Positions 58,401-64,000 of a DNA stretch of 64,000 nucleotides are shown here, one piece after another. The stretch is taken from assembly GCA_030141605.1 (NCBI GenBank), contig JAQGDQ010000049.1:248001-312000 (forward strand). The letters are read 5' to 3'. The translations under genes and the position numbers were made by a program. Source of the stretch: Tubiluchus corallicola. Taxonomy: Eukaryota; Animalia; Priapulida. A model generated the notes under the pieces. The model saw nothing but the letters and a program-made list of their open reading frames with translations, searched no databases and was not told the DNA's origin. Positions within the stretch are counted from its first letter, which is position 1. Each line of letters begins with the position of its first letter.

Positions 58401-61400
58401 TTTGTTAGTATTTGCATAAAAGATGCCAAACCTACTGGATACATTTGCAAGGACTAACAAAACAAACAAAGCTTCTATTAGTATAAGGATAATGAATGCC
58501 AAACCTATTAAAAACACATAAAGCAGCCAAATTGTTCATTTATTTTGTGCTCAATATGTGCTTAGCTAGCTACACAATGGTTATAATATGGTGTGCACAT
58601 TTAGTAATACAAAACCAAAATTCAATTTATTAACTAATAATGACAATGCTAATGCCCATATATGCTGTCATGCTCAGGCAACAGCTGCATTTAGTTACTC
58701 CATAAATAGTTCATTTATGCAGCAGCTAATAAGTGCAAAGCAAAGCTTCGTTGTTAATAATTACTACATACCAGCCATTATCCATGCGAATGAACAGGAA
58801 GTTGACTAAATATGCGAGCAGCAAACCAATCGTAATGCCAAGCTCATTCAGTGATACTAACAACCCACGTCGTTTCTGCAACATTTAACATGAGTTACAA
58901 TCATGCAAGAAAAAATTAAAGCAATGATATAATTAAGTTGATGAGCTTTCTTCTTTTTTTGCTGCTGATATTGTTTTTCTTATACCTAATTTGTTGTTTT
59001 TTCTAGTAATTTTGCAGCGCATAGTTTTTATTTTATTAATTTAAGAAGGATAGCTGATTTGATGCCTGATGGTCTTTTGTACCCTTTCTCTTGCACTCAT
59101 TTAATCGCTTCTTGATATACATTTTCCTCTTTTCATTTTCATTTAAATTTTACACATTTAATCAGCTGTGTATTTTATGTATATGTGGGTTAGAAGAGAC
59201 CAATACACATGTCAATGTCAGTGTCATGAAAAAATAAACTGCTTCCTCAGTTTTCTTTCATCACGGAGCTTAAAGACAAAACAGGGTTGGAAAGAGCCAT
59301 TTTGCATTTCAATTTTTTTTAAAGAACGACATAGTATTCACATTTTTTTAATGTTTTTTAAATATGATGCAGCTGTCTATTTGATTACAGCTTCTAATCT
59401 TGGACTGAAGTAATTAAATTCAGCATATTAATTAGACAAACTGTAAAAGTGAATTTGAAATTCAATGAGAGACTCCAGCTAACGAATGTCTAACAACAGC
59501 ATTGCATGTCAGCATTGGGCAAAAAGCCTTTTCACAGTTCCAGTGATTGATGATAATCACGAGAATGTCAAAGGTTAAGTGTACCATACAGCGCATTTGT
59601 GTACACGTGACAATGCCTTGCAGGCCATGCTATTGTAATAGCAATTAAGAAAGGGGATGAATGCTAGCCATAGAACCTTACTTAGTTCATTTTTTCTTGT
59701 TCCCAAGCAAGATCATGCACAGACTAACGCATAATTAAGTAAAGTACACATAAAACAACTGAAATTATTGAACTGGGCTTTGTTTCACACACATGTCACG
59801 TGATGGTTGTAGCTAAGACGCATTGATGTGGTACACTTAAATTGTGACGTACAGCAACTGCACAGGCACACAACAAAACTGTGAAAAGGCTTACTGGCAG
59901 CAAATAGCAAGTCTGATTAATGTAAATGTAAAATACATTTAATCTATTAAAAACAAACATTGAGTAAGGCAAACAGGTTACATACGCTAAGCGAAGATTG
60001 AAAATGCGCAAACATAAAAAATAAACCAGATTGTGGCCTTCATTATAACGTTTCCTTTACGTGGATTAACACATATCATGCATACTGGATATCTAAAGTT
60101 TATTTATTTAATTTATATTATTAGCTATAAACAACTAAAAATCATTAGTTTACAAAAGTTAAATAAAGTAAAAGCTTATTGGTATACAAAAAATTAAAAG
60201 TTCACAATAGAATACATATAATTTGAAAACAACCAAGATTTTAACCCTGATAATAATTAGGCCTGTAATGGTACATCGCTGAATTAAAGCATAGTGATAT
60301 CTTTCATTATGATATGCTTATCGCCAAAAGACAGTCGTATTGTGATAATCTGAGTCAGTGATGTTCAGCAAATTAGCTGTAATTCTAACTGCAGCTGTAC
60401 TGTAGATATGTCTCAATCAGTGCAGTGAGCAGTAGCTGACTTGACATAGGCACTGCTAGTAGCCAGAGTGGTTGAAAATGCAAGGTGTTTAACCTATAGT
60501 AGGCTAGTAATGTTGTTTGCATACAAACTTGTGAAATCGCAAACGTGAACCAGAAAATGCACCAGCAACTTTTAAACTTGAAATATTGAAATGTTTTGCT
60601 TTTCTCACGGTATATGATGCAAACAATAGCCTACACATTACACAAGTCATAAATAAAAATGAAACAGTTTGTCGAGTTATTTTAGCATTTAGCAATCCTA
60701 AAACTGTTGACTGATAATGTTAGCATTTATTATAAACAGCTTCATCTAGTTTCTTATAAAGCCTATAAATATTAACTCAGGTGTATCGTGATACGTATCG
60801 TACCATGAGGACCGATAGTATCGTGATATGTATCGTATCGTGACCTAGGTGTATCGTTACAGCCCTAAAGATAATAACTTTCTAATATAGCATAGGAATT
60901 GTTAATAACACATCGGAGAATGCACTTACCGCTGGTGCTATCTCAGATATGTAAATGCATTCAGCAATTGCAGACAATGACACGGCAAATCCAACAAGCA
61001 CTCTTCCAAAAAGCTGAAACATAACAACAGCTCATAATTATTATAAAACAAGCACTTCCCAAGTAGGATTTGTTTAAATAGTTAATCAAAAATTTAATTC
61101 AATTTCAATTCTTTCAATTCAATTCATTCCGCAAAATAAACATACATTCATAAGCAATGTAATGCCCTTCATAGACTCAATGATTATATATATTATTTCA
61201 GAAGTTTTCACCCTAGCGCGGGCATCATCAGCTGAAAATTACAGATAAAATGTTAAAACAGTATGTACCAGAACATACAGTACCAGTATGTGACAAAACT
61301 TTATAATCATCGAGACTATAAAGGCCTGTATGTTTTTTATGTCAACGATGACAAGTCTAAAGAGAGCTCTCTCATATTTTAAACATACATTCACTTTATA

Positions 61401-63254
61401 CTTCACAATGCTCATGATAACCCAATGTTGCATAAAATATTATTACTATTGACATAATAAGTTACACATGTATGGCACTGGAGACCTAAGAATGAGCTTA
61501 AGTTATGCCACCAGTGCTAGGAGTGAATATTTGTTATATATTAATGGTAGTTATAAAAAGAGTTACAATAGTTGTTAGTAAGATTTGAAATAATTGCATT
61601 AAGTATGGTACAAAGGATTCAAAAGATGTTTTACCTTTTTACTAAGCATTTACTAAGCAGTTGTGGAAAACACTAAAACATGGCATTTGTTCTATATCTC
61701 AGTGAACTATGACTAAAAATGTCAAACTAAATTCTAACTGTAGTGATATGGGATATTTCCTGCTCTTTCCATGTATAACAAGGCCTTCATCTAATTGACC
61801 TTTCAGTCAACTTTTTGTTAATAATGAATCACGAAAGAAATCATAACAAAGAGTCTCACCAGTAAAGCATAAGAATGTGAAAATCCCAAAGTTATTGCAC
61901 CCAACACAAATATCACAGCATTCACGATAATGGCAAACCGACGACCATACTGATCGACAAGGAAGCCTGCAAATATTCAATAAATTAGTCAATCTATCAA
62001 ACAAACACTCACGATACAGATGTTTTTGTGCGCGTATCTCACAACAGGGAACCAACCAATGTAAAAATTATACTAAAACATGTCACAAATTTCCTATTAC
62101 AAACTGGTTAAAAACCTGACACTTCACTGTAATTTCTGTACATTTTAGCACAGTGGAAACTGTAAACCAGCTTTCAATGGCAGGGATGGCTATTGTAGGA
62201 CTAGAACTTAGCTTATTATTGAGATTAATTCCCTAAGATAAGATACAGGCCTGTCAGAAAAGTCATAGTCACACATGAAAGTGAATAAATTTCTCCTTCA
62301 ATGATGTAAACAGCCAAAGCCATAATTTTGAATAATAGTGCCAAGAACAATGGTTGCCGATCCATTCACAGATTAGCCTCAGCCTTGCTTAATTCGAATG
62401 CAAATTCACACCGTGTCTACTTGGATACTTGAGACCTAGTGGGCCAAAACGTACAACGATACAATTAGGCAATACACCTGACAAAAATGCTCACTTGTAC
62501 AAAAAAGCTATATACAAAAAAACAAAGATAAAGTAAGATACAAAGCTCCCAGTCCGTGATTTAATGATCAGTACTCGTAGCCTCCTACCTCCACACAGAG
62601 ATCCAATCAAGGCTCCAATAAGCATGGAACTAACGACCATCTCTCGCTGAAAGCAGCTGAGATGAAACGTTTCCTGAAGTTGCAAGAGAGCACCCGACAC
62701 AATGCCTTTAAAATAAACAGAAACATTAGAAACAGTAACGCTCACTAATAAAACATCAAGCAGAGAGCTAGAAATATGGTGCTTCTGACAAATGACTGAC
62801 ATTCTTTTTCCTTCTTGCTACTTGTATCAACAAATGAGTGACTTCAATAACATATTTTTACAAAAACAGATCAGTATCTAGCTCTACAGTACACTGGGAT
62901 CACTTGACTGGTTCTGGGGGGACACATATTCTAATCTATTGTAGAGATACAAGATAACTTACTAAAGTTTACGCGTAACTGTTTTCTCTTACCGACATCA
63001 TAACCGAATAGAACTCCACCAAGAGCAGCCATCGTTGATGCCAAAAACACAAAGCCAGACATTGGACTTGGATTGATAGGAGTGGTTTCGTTGGCACCAT
63101 CCGTTTTAACTGCGCCAGCATCCATCTCCATTGAAACCATGTGCGGGCCATTGTTCTGTGAATTGTCTTGCTGGTGCTGGTGTCTTGGTGAAGTGAGCAG
63201 AATTTCTGGGCAAAGAAAATTCAAGACAAAGGATGAAAATATGGTAGTAGACAT
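48969..63254 (-). CDS. Facilitative sugar transporter, class III GLUT10/GLUT12-like (SLC2A10/SLC2A12); exons 63254-62993, 62705-62589, 61966-61860, 61013-60930, 58875-58772, 57998-57803, 56847-56761, 56222-56112, 54785-54371, 53041-52919, 52724-52592, 49101-48969
   Basis: [76 protein letters not shown], long glycosylated loop before TM10, [29 protein letters not shown]. Junctions are phase-compatible. Start Met and last exon are less certain. Confidence 0.92.
50051..50392. mobile_element. hAT-like MITE
   Basis: TIRs TAGGGGTGAGCAT ... ATGCTCACCCCTA; internal TCGAA repeats; flanks TTGTTCAG / CTATTCAG. Confidence 0.78.
51731..52173. mobile_element. MITE with ~25-bp TIRs (PIF/Harbinger- or Kolobok-like)
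   Basis: GGGGGCCATCCACATATAGCGATATG ... CATATCGTTATACGTGGATGGGTCC. Confidence 0.7.
57105..57743. mobile_element. hAT-like MITE
   Basis: AAGGGATGCAACCAGATCC ... GGATACGGTTCATCCCTA; flanks share ATTTTAC; internal GGATCC repeats. Confidence 0.7.
58236..58510. repeat. Degenerate ~72-bp tandem repeat in a transporter intron
   Basis: CACTTGCAAAAACTAAT..TTTTGTTAGTATTTGCATAA..GATGCCAAACCT repeated about 3.5 times. Confidence 0.8.
60258..60867. mobile_element. hAT-like MITE
   Basis: TAGGCCTGTAATGGTACA ... TGTATCGTTACAGCCCTA; subterminal GTATCG repeats. Confidence 0.7.
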
Positions 63255-64000
63255 TAGGCCTACTTTCTGTTTTTTCTAAACTATTTTTAAAGATAAAAAT
63301 GTTTCCAACAGTTTATGCATATAATGACATTTATACAAAAAGCCAAGTATGATACATTGTGTCTTAAAGCGATTGATAATGTTACAAGTTTTAAAAGATG
63401 CAAATGTAATGCTTATCAAATTGCAGATTCCTAAAAAACTAAAAGAAATGGCTGTTACCTCGATCCTCATCACCAGACATTCCTATGACTGTTAGTGTAA
63501 TCTTGTAATACAACTAGTCAGGAAACACATTATCCTAGTGTCCGCTGTGACGCAAAAACAAGGCGCTGTCGATCTCTGTCTCCAACTAAAGGAAAATCAA
63601 ATTTGTAAACAAGTAAATATTTTTTAAAACTGTATTGCTGATCATTTCAGTACTAGAAATAATACTCACACCAGAGATCTGTCTTGCAACACAAGCTATG
63701 GTCTTGGTCAAGTTTGGTCAGGGTTGATGGGCCTTGCCTAGTCTTGCGTATACTCATCTTTTTCTCAAAGCCTAGGTCTTGACATTTGCATGCCTTTAGG
63801 CAAAGTGATGCATTTTAAACTTTCAAATGAATAATTTACTTACCTAGTTATTAGTACCACATAGGTCTATAAGTTTACTATATGCTAACGGGTACCTGAT
63901 GGGTATAAGGAAAAGTGTAAACACTCGTATGTGGATTTCAAACAACTTGAAATTAAATAATCATGCAACTAGGATTGAAATGTCAGCAAACAAAGTAACA

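Overview
AT-rich eukaryotic (animal, probably invertebrate; species not identifiable from sequence alone) genomic DNA with spliceosomal introns. Left to right: the last two coding exons of an Ig I-set domain gene (+); three tandem two-exon PI-PLC X-domain (PLCXD-like) genes, all with apparent signal peptides (+); ITPA (-, 3 coding exons); an internally deleted CR1/L2-type non-LTR element; an intronless GNAT/NAT16-like acetyltransferase (-); an intronless U1 snRNP C gene (SNRPC, -) with a probable non-coding leader exon and promoter near 22.6-22.9 kb; LINE debris and GA microsatellites; a complete 17-coding-exon HBS1L gene (+) with the alternative Ski7-like exon; and a 12-exon GLUT10/12-class sugar transporter (SLC2A10/12-like, -). 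Many MITEs and SINE relics lie in introns. The most interesting signals are two possible RNA-processing autoregulatory designs. (1) A near-consensus 5' splice site sits 21 nt upstream of the U1C start codon, so its use would excise the whole U1C ORF and could deliver the leader to the downstream GNAT/ITPA genes. (2) The Ski7-like exon of HBS1L has no stop after its conserved terminal motif, reads through a (GTA)n poly-Val tract and contains an AATAAA before its only stop codon, i.e. it could be a non-stop mRNA encoding a non-stop-decay factor. Exon boundaries were read by eye and have no transcript support.
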